DNA of 64,000 nucleotides from an uncultured Gammaproteobacteria bacterium (GTDB lineage Bacteria; Pseudomonadota; Gammaproteobacteria; CAWCPV01): NCBI GenBank assembly GCA_963797555.1, contig CAWCPV010000007.1, positions 256,001 to 320,000 of the forward strand, read 5' to 3'. Shown piece by piece: positions 35,288 to 45,700 of this stretch (position 1 is its first letter; each line of letters starts with the position of its first letter). The notes under the pieces were generated by a model. It saw only the letters and a program-made list of their open reading frames with translations, ran no database searches and was not told where the DNA came from. The position numbers and the translations under genes were made by a program.

Positions 35288-36646
35288 ATGGCCCGCGCTA
35301 AACCGAATTACGCCTGCACCGAGTGCGGTGCCCACCTCACCAAGTGGACTGGCCGCTGCTCGGAGTGCGGCGCCTGGAACAGCATCGAGGAGGTTCCCGC
35401 CGCACCGGTGGCCGCTGGACGCGGCCGCGCGGGGGGCTACACGGGGCACGCGTCCGAGGTCGTCCTGCTGCAGCAGGTAGAGACCGCGCCGGAGATGCGC
35501 AGCTCCAGCGCCAGCGCCGAGCTCGACCGCGTGCTCGGGGGCGGACTCGTGTCGGGCTCGGTCGTGCTGATCGGCGGGGACCCGGGCATCGGCAAGTCCA
35601 CCCTGCTGCTGCAGACCACGGCTGCCATGTCCGCACAGATGCCCGTGCTGTACGTCACGGGCGAGGAGTCCCCGCAACAGGTGGCGCTGCGGGCGCGCCG
35701 GCTCGGCTTGGGCGGGGACGTGCGCCTGCTGAGCGAAACCGGGATCGAGCCCATCCTGATGGCGGTTGCGCGGGAACGGCCTCAGGTCCTGGTCATCGAT
35801 TCCGTCCAATCCGTGTACACCGAACAGCTCGCCTCTGCGCCCGGCACGGTGGGGCAGGTGCGGGAGAGCGCTGCGGTGCTGGTGCGGCTCGCCAAGCAGA
35901 GCGGGACCGCCATCTTCCTCGTGGGGCACGTCACCAAAGAGGGAACTCTGGCCGGGCCCCGAGTACTCGAGCACATGGTGGACACGGTGCTCTACTTCGA
36001 AGGGGACGCGAGCAGCCGCTACCGCGTCATCCGCTCGGTCAAGAACCGCTTCGGGCCGGTCAACGAGATCGGCGTGTTCGCGATGACGGACCGGGGCCTG
36101 CGGGACGTGAGCAATCCTTCCGCCATCTTTCTGTCCCGCCACAGCGATCCGGTGCCGGGAAGCGTAGTGATGGTCACCCGGGAGGGCAGCCGCCCGCTGC
36201 TCGTGGAGGTCCAGGCCCTGGTCGATGAAAGTCACGGCTCCAGCCCACGCCGGGTGACGGTCGGCCTGGAGCAGAACCGCCTCGCCATGCTGCTGGCGGT
36301 CCTGCACCGCCACGCAGGGGTGGTGAGCTACGACCAGGACGTGTTCCTGAACGTGGTCGGCGGGGTGCGCGTCACCGAGACCGCGGCGGACTTGCCAGCG
36401 CTGCTCGCCATCCTGTCGAGCCTCAGGAACCGCCCGCTGCCGCAGGATCTGGTGGTGTTCGGGGAGGTCGGGCTGTCGGGAGAGGTCAGGCCCGTTCCGG
36501 GAGGCACCGAGCGCCTGCAGGACGCGGCCAAGCACGGATTCCACCGCGCCCTGGTGCCGCGCGCCAACGCCCCGCGCCGCGATTCTGCATCCGGGATCGA
36601 GTGCACGGCCGTGGACCGGGTGGCCGATGCGCTGGCGGTGCTCTGA
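35288..36646 (+). CDS. radA: DNA repair protein RadA/Sms
   Basis: CTECG..CSECG zinc finger, GGDPGIGKST, KNRFG. Confidence 0.96.
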   Translation: MARAKPNYACTECGAHLTKWTGRCSECGAWNSIEEVPAAPVAAGRGRAGGYTGHASEVVLLQQVETAPEMRSSSASAELDRVLGGGLVSGSVVLIGGDPGIGKSTLLLQTTAAMSAQMPVLYVTGEESPQQVALRARRLGLGGDVRLLSETGIEPILMAVARERPQVLVIDSVQSVYTEQLASAPGTVGQVRESAAVLVRLAKQSGTAIFLVGHVTKEGTLAGPRVLEHMVDTVLYFEGDASSRYRVIRSVKNRFGPVNEIGVFAMTDRGLRDVSNPSAIFLSRHSDPVPGSVVMVTREGSRPLLVEVQALVDESHGSSPRRVTVGLEQNRLAMLLAVLHRHAGVVSYDQDVFLNVVGGVRVTETAADLPALLAILSSLRNRPLPQDLVVFGEVGLSGEVRPVPGGTERLQDAAKHGFHRALVPRANAPRRDSASGIECTAVDRVADALAVL

Positions 36647-37299
36647 CCGGCTGTGACGGTCGGGCACAACGGCCCGGTCCAACGGCCCGACCCGGCTTCT
36701 CGAACCCGAGTGGGATGGGTGGGACGAAGGGCAAGCCATCGGCACTCCTTCGCCGAAACCCTCCCCCGGACGGATCGGCGCATCGCTTTCCCCATCTAAC
36801 GGGCAAACGTAGCGGTGAAACGTCGAATACGGCCAGTCCAAAGAGCCGCGTCCTCACGCGGTCAGCGCCCTGCCTGACGGGATCTCCCCTCGAAAGGCGG
36901 CATGCCGCCCTTGACATTCCCCGTGTGGGCTGTGCAAGCTTGTGCGCGTGGCGCTGACTGGCTTCCTGGTGGCAAGCTCCGTTGGGAGAGCCGGGTCCGG
37001 GAGTGCGTAGAAGGTGGCGGAAAAGACCACCGGGGAGGTGCAATGGGAGGCAACACCGCAACTTCAAGGTGTCCGTCAGGCTCGGGCGGTCCGCGCCGAG
37101 GCCCGGATCACCAAGGCGCGCCGTGCGGCTCCAGTCTCTCCAGTGCAGATAGGCGGAAGATGTCCGCCTTTCCCCGGAAGGGGCGTCCGCTGTGCCGGCG
37201 TCGTTAGTGCTCGAGTATCACTCAAGTGTCTGTTCGTCTGGGCGAACCACTCGGTCGGCGGCCACCTGAGCGGTCCGGCGGCCGGCCCGTGGTCTGCGG

Positions 37300-37361
37300 G
37301 ATAGGCGGACAATGTCCGTGTTTAAACACGGACAACGTCCGTCTACTCATATGTTAGGGCG
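37300..37361 (+). other. attI-like recombination site at head of cassette array
   Basis: Ends in GTTAGGG(C), complementary to R'' gccctaac at the end of cassette 1; preceded by an inverted repeat, with no RYYYAAC upstream. Confidence 0.6.
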
Positions 37362-37381
37362 ATCAAGAGAAGGGACGTAAT

Positions 37382-37999
37382 GTGACAACACTAGATAAAG
37401 AACGACCCGCACAAGACATCGATCCCGATCCGCTTTCCGCATTGGTGATCGCACTTGGTGCCGTCGGATCCATTGCCTCTATCTATGCCGTAGTGGACTC
37501 AAGAGTTTCGAAATACAGGCAAGAGCGCCAAGCCAATTGCAATGCTATTCGTGATGCCGTGATGGGGGTGGAGACATCACTCAATGAGCTACGAGGGTAC
37601 GTTAAGTCTCTCGAAATCAGCTTCTTGACGGGAACCCAGTCAAGATCGCCTGATCGAAACTCGATGTTGTCGATGGCTCAGTTCGGAAGCGTTCGACTCG
37701 TTTTTACAAGAGATGGATACGAGAGATGGCGAGAGATCGAAGAGGGAATACTTGTCGCCGTTGGTAGGATGAATAAACATGTGAACGACTTGATTCGCCA
37801 TTTTGCCACGTCTGATATTGCTTTACCTAGCGAAATCGCCAGCCGACTACAGAATACAATTGGTCGCATGAATGAAATACTTCACGGAATGAGTCAAATG
37901 CATTTCGAACGGTTGTTCGGCCTCTTGGAGGCGGTAATGGGAGAATGCATGGAAGTTATGGGCCGATTCAGAATGACCATATATGAGATCTGCAGATGA
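37382..37999 (+). CDS. Integron cassette 1, hypothetical protein
   Basis: Visibly lower GC; N-terminal hydrophobic helix; bounded by GTTAGGG and attC. Confidence 0.75.
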   Translation: MTTLDKERPAQDIDPDPLSALVIALGAVGSIASIYAVVDSRVSKYRQERQANCNAIRDAVMGVETSLNELRGYVKSLEISFLTGTQSRSPDRNSMLSMAQFGSVRLVFTRDGYERWREIEEGILVAVGRMNKHVNDLIRHFATSDIALPSEIASRLQNTIGRMNEILHGMSQMHFERLFGLLEAVMGECMEVMGRFRMTIYEICR

Positions 38000-38001
38000 A
38001 G

Positions 38002-38061
38002 CCCTAACCAGGCGCTCCAGCGGACCGCTCCTAACGTCGCGGCCGCTGAGCTTTATCGTTA
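38002..38061 (+). other. attC1 (R' box split by intron; completed at 38858-38860)
   Basis: ccctaac...gctccagcggaccgc...gcggccgctgagc...cgtta. Confidence 0.85.
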
Positions 38062-38857
38062 TCGCGCTGGGCAAAGCTCGGCGCTTCTTGCAGGGTGAGA
38101 GTCCCTGTCGGGAGAGAGGTCTAAGGCATCTTCATAAGGGCTAGCCACCCACCCGTATCGAAGTCTTGGGTCCGTGGCGGAGTCGTCGAGAGGCTGCGAA
38201 CAAGACGGGCTAAGCGTAGACAGAGTATCCTGTAGGCCGTAGGGGAGGCCGCGCTCCCTGAAGTGCTGGTACAGCTTCGAGATAAGCTTGTTGCGGACGC
38301 CGAGGGTTTTAACGTGCACCGAAGGCAACACAAGAGCATCCGTCTGTGGCGAGGGTGTGAAGGTCCGCCGGAGTCCTCAGGCCGTGGCATGCAGGAAGAG
38401 AGGCGTCAGAGAACCCAGGAGGCCCCATCGGCTCCTGGCCGGAGGGAAGCCGGACAGACGGTATACGGCTATTGAGGCACGGAAGGGGAAACCCGGGAAC
38501 AGGGTTAGGCCGGAACCTAAGTGGACGGAGGGAACCCGGAGCAGGAAGGCGGAGAAGTACTGTAGAAGGGAAAGCCTGCCAGATGCGGTTGGGGAGTCTT
38601 ATCAGGCATAGTACTCGGAGGTGGGGAAAGCCCACCACAAGGGGAAGGACCTGACGGAAGTACGCAGCCTGTAAAGGAAACTTGCACCGGACAGAGTCGG
38701 GCCGGAGAATGTAAGCGAACCTCACTGCGGGCAATAGCAAACAGACGGCGAGTCGTCGTCTGCGCGGAAGCGAGTACAACCGAGGAACCGGATGCGGAAA
38801 AACTGCACGTCCGGGTCTGTGCCGGGGGCGGCGGGTGACCGCCGTCCCTACGGCGGA
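38062..38857 (+). ncRNA. ORF-less group II intron
   Basis: DV 38785-38817 (gaaccggatgcggaaaaactgcacgtccgggtc), DVI 38820-38855 with bulged A38850, DI motifs ggtgagagtcc and gaaggcaac; no RT ORF. Confidence 0.88.
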
Positions 38858-38897
38858 GGCGTCACAATTTCCTTGACATCACTGCGAAGGCCGCATC

Positions 38898-39533
38898 ATG
38901 GAACCAGCAAACTATTTCACCACTGCAGCAAGTCTCATGGAGTTCCTAAATTCCACGGAAACTGGCCTGTCTCACCGAACGGCTGGCGCCCGTCTCTTAA
39001 GACTCGGATGCAAGGCGCTTCGTGACCTGAGTCGGGACATGGAACCCGATGGAGACATTGCGTGGGCGCTGAATCATCTAGCCGTCGTAGATAAGACGGG
39101 CCGACAGCTAGACGACTTTGAAGATTCCGGCCGTGCAATCTTTGACGTGTTTATCGCCGCCGAGTCCAGTCTCTTCGAGAAGATCGGCATGCCCCCTGAC
39201 ATTCGGCGGTTCGTGATGAATAGAGCGACCGATCTCAAGCATGAGTACTGGAATCTGGAGAACATACCGCCTGCTACTTGGACGCGAATGCAACAAGAAG
39301 TGCAGGCCCTTGCGGCTGAAATTTGCAGCTACGCTGAATCTTTCGTCGAACTCGAAAAATGGCGCCATGCTGGCAACAGAAGTGCATTTGTGCTCATTGG
39401 TGGCGGGATCATTACTCTCAACGCTTCTCCAGCGGCGCTTGATCTCGGCCTTACAACTTGGATGACTGCAAAGTCCGGAAAATTGGGAAGCTGGATCATG
39501 AAGATGGGAACACGCGAGAGCGAGATGAAGTGA
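38898..39533 (+). CDS. Integron cassette 2, hypothetical protein
   Basis: 211-aa ORF ending immediately before attC2. Confidence 0.75.
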   Translation: MEPANYFTTAASLMEFLNSTETGLSHRTAGARLLRLGCKALRDLSRDMEPDGDIAWALNHLAVVDKTGRQLDDFEDSGRAIFDVFIAAESSLFEKIGMPPDIRRFVMNRATDLKHEYWNLENIPPATWTRMQQEVQALAAEICSYAESFVELEKWRHAGNRSAFVLIGGGIITLNASPAALDLGLTTWMTAKSGKLGSWIMKMGTRESEMK

Positions 39534-39534
39534 G

Positions 39535-39611
39535 GCCTAACCACTCGTCGCAGCGGACAACACCCGTGCGTTCGCACGGGTGTTGTCCGTTGAACTCACA
39601 CGGCGTTAGGT
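39535..39611 (+). other. attC2
   Basis: GCCTAAC...cggacaacacccgtgcg ttc gcacgggtgttgtccg...GTTAGGT. Confidence 0.9.
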
Positions 39612-39618
39612 CTGTAAA

Positions 39619-40221
39619 TTGATCTACGCCCAAACTCCATCAAGAATCACCAAGGAAATTGAAGAGGTATGCGCACAAATCACAACAGCGCATAAGCCCA
39701 TATTTCTGCGGGTCACCCAGCAACCTTGGAGTGCACTTCAAGAGTGTTACCAGAATGTAAAGATTGCCGTTGATCATCACGGCGGCTCTCTTGTATATGG
39801 CTAGAATATATTTCTTTGGCCTCGGGTTTGGATTGAACGTGAAGCTCATGCTGCCTGGAAAAACGAAAAAGGCGAGCTTGTTGAAGTAACTCCACGTCCG
39901 GACAATGAGGAAATTCTGCTATTCCTTCAGGATGACAGTGCAGAATATAAAGGCATAAGGCATGATAATCTTCGGTTTTCATTAGCTTCCTCGCCTATTG
40001 TTCATGAGCTTATAGCGGTATCTCAGGAAAGGTTTAAGGTACTTACGCAATATGCAACGCCGCTCTCAAACCAAGTACAGGTTGCTGTTGTTGCATTCCG
40101 AGCAATTGAGCAGAAATTCCAACAACTACATGAAGCCATAAATTGGAAACCTCAACGTAATGATTTGTGTCCATGCGGCAGCAGAAAGAAATACAAGCAT
40201 TGCCATGAAAAACAAACCTAA
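39619..40221 (+). pseudogene. Integron cassette 3, SEC-C zinc-motif protein with internal TAG
   Basis: One frame interrupted by TAG at 39802-39804; ends RNDLCPCGSRKKYKHCH; TAA lies in the attC3 R'' box. Confidence 0.8.
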
Positions 40222-40337
40222 CAATGCGCTGCAGCCGACCGGCCATGAAGCGGCTTCGTTTTCCGTCTGCTCGTCACTCACTCTCGGCTCTCCTGTTGCG
40301 CTCAGCGCCGGGCCGGCGGCTGAGCTTGGCGTTGAAC
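40216..40337 (+). other. attC3
   Basis: ACCTAAC...gctgcagccgaccggcc...ggccggcggctgagc...GTTGAAC. Confidence 0.85.
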
Positions 40338-40514
40338 TAAACCGCTTACGCGGTGGTTTCGTTTCCTTAGCGTTTCCGCTTTATTTCTGGCTGAATTTCC
40401 ACCCCATTTCGACGCTGTCATGCACCCCGACATTCACCGGGGCACCATTTTGCCTGACGTTTTGCGAGGTCTCATGACCGCTCTGCCAAGCTGTATGTGT
40501 AGCCGAATGGAGCC

Positions 40515-41474
40515 GAATGGGGTCAGACACGATATCTGTGCTATCCTTCGTGCAGTCAGTTCACGACCTGAACCGCCATGGCCCGCCTTCCCGGCTACGT
40601 CATCCCCGGGCAACCGCAGCACATCATCCACGCGGCAACAACCGCCAGGGTATACCAGGGTATATCGGGGGTCAGTTCCCGCCTTGTAGCCTGCCGAGGA
40701 CATGGTGTCGTGCGGGCCATGGCGAGACGGCCGCGCATCGAATTCTCCGGGTGCACGGTATTATGTGGCCTCTCGCGGTGATCGGCGCGAGCCATCTTCG
40801 ATGATGACGGAGATCGTCAGAGGTTTCTGAGCACGCTGGCCGAGGTGGTCCAGCGGTTCAACTGAGGCGTTTAGAGGCAAGCGTCGGCATCAGCGCGGCC
40901 ACCTGTTTCAGGGGCGGTTCGCTGGCGAGAACGTGATAGAGCGAGGTCAGAATGGGGTCAGACACGATAGCGGTGCTATCCTTCTTGCAGTCAGTTCACG
41001 ACCTGAACCGCCATGGCCCGCCTTCCCGGCTAACGTCATCCCCGGGCAACCGCAGCACATCATCCACGCGGCAACAACCGCCAGGGTATACCAGGGTATA
41101 TCGGGGGTCAGTTCCCGCCTTGTAGCCTGCCGAGGACATGGTGTCGTGCGGGCCATGGCGAGACGGCCGCGCATCGAATTCTCCGGGTGCAGGGTATTAT
41201 GTGGCCTCTCGCGGTGATCGGCGCGAGCCCATCTTCGATGAGGACGGAGATCGCCAGAGGTTTCTGAGCACGCTGGCCGAGGTGGTCCAGCGGTTCAACT
41301 GGTTGTGCCATGCGTACTGACCAATCATTACCACTGGTAATGTGAACCCCGCAGGACAATCTGTCCAAAGGCATGCGGCAGCTCAATGGCGTTTACACGC
41401 AGGCGTCGAACCGGCGGCATCAGCGCAGCGGCCACCTGTTTCAGGGGCGGTTCGCTGGCGAGAACGTGATAGAG
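40515..41474 (+). pseudogene. Tandemly duplicated RAYT (REP-associated Y1 transposase) remnants
   Basis: Units 40515-40940 and 40950-41474; fragments MARLP..GQPQHII, MARRPRIEF, SRGDRREPIF, GMRQLNGVYTQ..GHLFQGRF. Confidence 0.8.
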
Positions 41475-41987
41475 TGAACAGATCTGGGGCCTCGGAGGCA
41501 CCGTGCTAGATGGCGAACGGACCCGATCACCTGGCACCTGAGCGGTGATCCACAGCGCGAGGGACATGGCCATGTCTGACTGGATTGTCGTGAACGTCAT
41601 TGACGTGTGTCCTCAGGTCGGCCTCGTCCCGTTGGGAACGCCACTGCGTCGATAGTCCGTTAGGGCTGCGGGCTAGCGCGACTCCTGATGACCGACTGAG
41701 TAGCGGGCCGTGGCCGGTCCGGGTTCTCGCAGCAAATGCAGTGGGAGGATGCGTGATCCCGGCCGAATCGGGATATCATGAAACCGAACCGTTGCCGAAA
41801 TCTTGGAAGCTACTTTGACCGGCGCTGCCGAGGACGAGGTCGTCTCTTGGTCGCGGGCAATTTGCATCGCGTGGCCTGGCCGCACATCGGAGGATTCATG
41901 GGATGAACTCCTATCGCCTGGCGTCTGACATTGTCGTCCGGACGCGTTAGCCGGAATGTCCTGCTTACTTGCCGACGTTTGTCCTAA

Positions 41988-42061
41988 CCATAACCAGCCG
42001 ATGGACAGCGACCGGCGAACCCGCTGCGCGGCTTCCCCGACGCGTCTCGGCGACATTGGGC
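41988..42061 (+). other. Degenerate attC-like site
   Basis: ccataac cagccgatggac...gtctcggcgac attgggc (GTT decayed to ATT). Confidence 0.4.
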
Positions 42062-42100
42062 GGTCGAACACAGAATGAATCTCTGCGGGAGGTGCTAACC

Positions 42101-42316
42101 TTGGGCAATACGTACACCGCGATTTTCGAGCGCGATGGTGAGTGGTACATCGCATATTGTCCTGAAATCCCCGGGGCGAATGGCCAGGGCCACACGAAGG
42201 AAGAGGCTCGGAAAAGCCTGGCCAGCGCGATCGAACTCATCTTGCGGGACCGGCGAGAAGACGTGCTGCGAGGGTTGCCAGCCGATGCCGAACGGGAGAC
42301 GGTGACTGTGGAGTGA
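42101..42316 (+). CDS. hicB: HicB-family antitoxin (short form)
   Basis: YTAIFE..WYIAYCPEIPGANGQG.T.EEA; GGAGG RBS, TTG start. Confidence 0.88.
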   Translation: MGNTYTAIFERDGEWYIAYCPEIPGANGQGHTKEEARKSLASAIELILRDRREDVLRGLPADAERETVTVE

Positions 42317-42504
42317 AGAGAGGTGTCCTTCTGCGGCATCTCCGGCAGCACGGTTGCTACCTCAAACGGGAAGGGTCATCCCATTCCTTATGGTGCAATC
42401 CTAACACTGGAGCGGTAGAAGCCGTGCCCCGGCACTCTGAGATCCCCAATCGCATGGCAAGAAAGATCTGCCAAGCGCTGTCCGTTCCAGAGATCGGCGG
42501 ATGA
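42313..42504 (+). CDS. hicA: HicA-family toxin
   Basis: LLRHL..HGC, REGSSHS, VPRHSEI; GTGA overlap. Confidence 0.9.
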   Translation: MKRGVLLRHLRQHGCYLKREGSSHSLWCNPNTGAVEAVPRHSEIPNRMARKICQALSVPEIGG

Positions 42505-42777
42505 ACTCGCCCGGGGGCACATCGAGTCAGTCCTCCCCGTGTAATCTCTGTTGGAGTCGTGTTCGTGCACCAGGACGAACCAGGACGAATGGGGTCAGAC
42601 ACGATATTTGTGCCATCCTTCGTAGGAGCTAGGGGGTCAGTTCTCGCTTCGTAAACTCTGGGGAGGACGCGGTGCGGTGGGAAAAATCCGGGGCTCCGGA
42701 GCCACCGGGCCCAGACCTAAGAGACTGGGATCCCGCCGGGTTGCATCCAGTGTGCGCTCGCTGTGCAGCGGGCAGGG

Positions 42778-45700
42778 TTAGGCCGATTCGGCGAGCTGAG
42801 CGAGGGGTGCACGGTTTCCCGCGCCAGACCCCCGATGCGAGCTACGGGCCGACGCCTCTCCAGATGGAGAAGCATCGATGCCGAAGACCCGAACCTCAAT
42901 GGGGCCGAGTTGGTTCCTTTCGAACGCCACCGCGATCTTCCGCAGGCGCTCGATCAGGTCGCCAAAGCTCATGGCCGCTCGCGTGTCCGGGTCGTGCCAT
43001 GTACGCCGTCCGTGGTGCGATACCACCAGGACACCGTGTCGCCGCGTCGCGGGCTTCAGATAGTTCCTAGCGAGTTGCCAGGTTAGCGCCCGTTCCAGGG
43101 CTCGAACGGTCCAGGGCATTCCGCCGTGTTTCACCTCCACCGCGACCTCGAACGGGGCGGCGGTGGAAGAGACGATGATGTCCGGCTTGTCACCGCGCGC
43201 GACTTGAGCCTCTCGATGGACGTGAAAGCGGCCATTCGCGCGGAGACTCATCTGTTCGGCGATCCACTTCTGGACCTCGTCTTCGTTCTGTGCGCGTGCG
43301 ACCAACGGCCGCGATGTGGCATCGGCATGAAACAGACCAGACTGAATATCCGACAGCACATCCATGACGACGCGCAGCAGCGCCTCGCCCGACTTTACCG
43401 GCGCAACGTGGCACCGCTCCAAGGCAAGAACCTCGGCCGGTGTCCAGGCCGGTGGCTCGGCGTCTTGCTCCGCCTTGCCGTGCGCGAGCTCTCTGAAACG
43501 GATAGCGCGAGACGGGAATGCCTCGTCGGCGGCCAGCATGCGCATGGCTCGGTAGGCCTCGACACCGGGCCGGTCGAGCAGGGTGCCAAGGAGGGTGTTG
43601 CGCGCTGCCTCGGCTTCGTCCCGTGCGTCCGGCGTGTACGGGCCCTCACGCCTCCGGTCTTCCTCGGGACGTACGTACCGGTAGGCGAGGCGCACAAGTG
43701 CTTCCAAGGAAGATACCGATGCGCCGTGGAGAGTGCCTGCCGCCAGCGGCTCGTGCCGCCCGAACAGCGCACCGAGGCAAGCTTCGGCACGGGCGTCGCG
43801 CAGACTCGGCGCAGCACCGTCGAGCCAGTCGGCCAGCTCACCCGTGGCGCGATTCTGCGTCGACTAGGAACAACATTGCGAGGTAGCGCCGCACGCCTCC
43901 GTCCTCGTTCGCGACTTTCGCCGCTCGCAGTCTTCGGAGCGCAAGCGTTGCCGTACGGCGCCGTTGAGCGTCGTTCAGGTCCAGGTACCGAAGAATCCGC
44001 AGCGCGCAGTCGAGCATCTCCCGGTTTTTCGGCGTTTTCCCGGTGACCGCCTCGAACAGAAGCTGTTGTACAGAGGGCGAGACGGGCCTGTCGGACCAGC
44101 CGTAGTGAGAGAGGAGGTCGGTGCGGCTTCCGTATCGTCCCGACCACTCCTGCTGCAAGGTCCGACGCACGATCGGCAACGTTACCCCCGGTTGCCGGTC
44201 GATGAGTGCCTCGATCCAGTACGGGTAGCCCTGCTCGGAGAGGCAGCCGTGCAGGGCGGCGCGCTCGGCCTCGGCGGGAACCAAGCGCGACGCCCAGTCT
44301 GGATGCTCCGCAGCTTCGACCCCCAACCCGGCGACCGACAGGATGGTCGCGTACTTGACGGTCACACGGTTGTCCTTTGTGTGTTTTGGGCGTTCCGGCG
44401 CTGTGACGCGCCAGAGCGCCTTCATGCCGTCGCGGTACGCCTCGGCGACGGCCCGACCGAATGCCTCTTCCAGCAGTCGCCATTGGAGAACCGCTTCCGC
44501 CTCTCCATCCTTAGTTCTGTGCCGAAGCCAGTTGGTCAGGTAGTGGAGCCTGGATGCCCCCTTGGCCCAATTGGCCAAAAGAACGGGATCGCACAGCACC
44601 GACGGGTCTGCCCTGATCTCGTCACGAAATTCTACCCAGGACGCCCTGTCCTTGCGCTCCTTTTCTTCCCATTGGCGTTGTATGGTGCTCTGCCTCCGGC
44701 GTAAGCGGAGAGCTTCTTCACTTTCGACCGGAGGTGCGAGGTAAGCATTCAGGTCCCTCTCCAACTCGCCCCAGCCCGCGACCCGCCTGCGTAACCTGGG
44801 CGCTTCAGCGCCGAATGTACCGGCATTCGTCAGCACGGCAACGAGGGCACTGAGCGCAACGCGCCTGTCAGGCTCGAAGGGACGCGCGGCGAGGTCTTCG
44901 TAAAGCCAGCTCAGATCCTCGGGGCCGAGTCGCCATAACCTGCCGCCGTGGACATGCACCTGCCAAACGCGTGTCGGGTGCTCCTCTCCAAGATTGGCAT
45001 TTCGCCGGGTTTCGTCAACGTCCGCCCAGAAGAGCCTGCGCTGTAGGCGCTGGTTGGCGGACACCAGGGTGCTGAGCGGCGGCCCTTCCTGGTCGGCGGC
45101 CGCGCGCGGTTCGGCGCGCTCGATCACCATCAGCAGGCGGACCAGGCCATCGCAGGGCTCCGCGCCTCCTAAGGCCAGCACCGCGTCACGTCCTAGCGCC
45201 GTTATGTTCGCAGCGAAACCGTAATGGTGTGCGGAGATTCGCAAGTGATGAGCCGCGAAAGGCGGCGCAAGGCACAGGTCCGCAACGCCCGCGATGAAAC
45301 GCTCACGGGCAGCGGCATCGGGACAAGCTTCCCAGAGCGCGCGAGTCACATCGCCGAAGCCTTCGTGGGACCGCTCGTTCGGTGAGGGAAAGCGCTCGAT
45401 CAGGTCGAGCAGTTCGTCGACCGAGAGATAATGCGGGAACAGCACCTTGGCGAAGTGCGGGGCGAGCCGGGCAGTGGCCGGCGCGGAAGCGGCCACCAAC
45501 CAACGCGCGGCCGCGGCCAAGCCCTCGACATCGCCGCAGACGTCGACAGCTTCCAGCGCGACCATCCGTAGGTAGTCGTCGCCCGCTTCATCCACCAGCG
45601 TTCCGCGTGCTAGGTCCACGCAGGCGCGGATCGCCCCTTCGCGGACGACGCGCAGGAGATCGATCCGAAAATCTCTGCGGTCGTTGATGGTCCAGCTTCG

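Noticed and set aside
36650-37300. Expected intI position
   Set aside because: No tyrosine recombinase motifs in the listed ORFs or by eye
38059-38779. Short ORFs within the intron as an RT/maturase
   Set aside because: No YADD or other RT motifs; they overlap structured RNA domains
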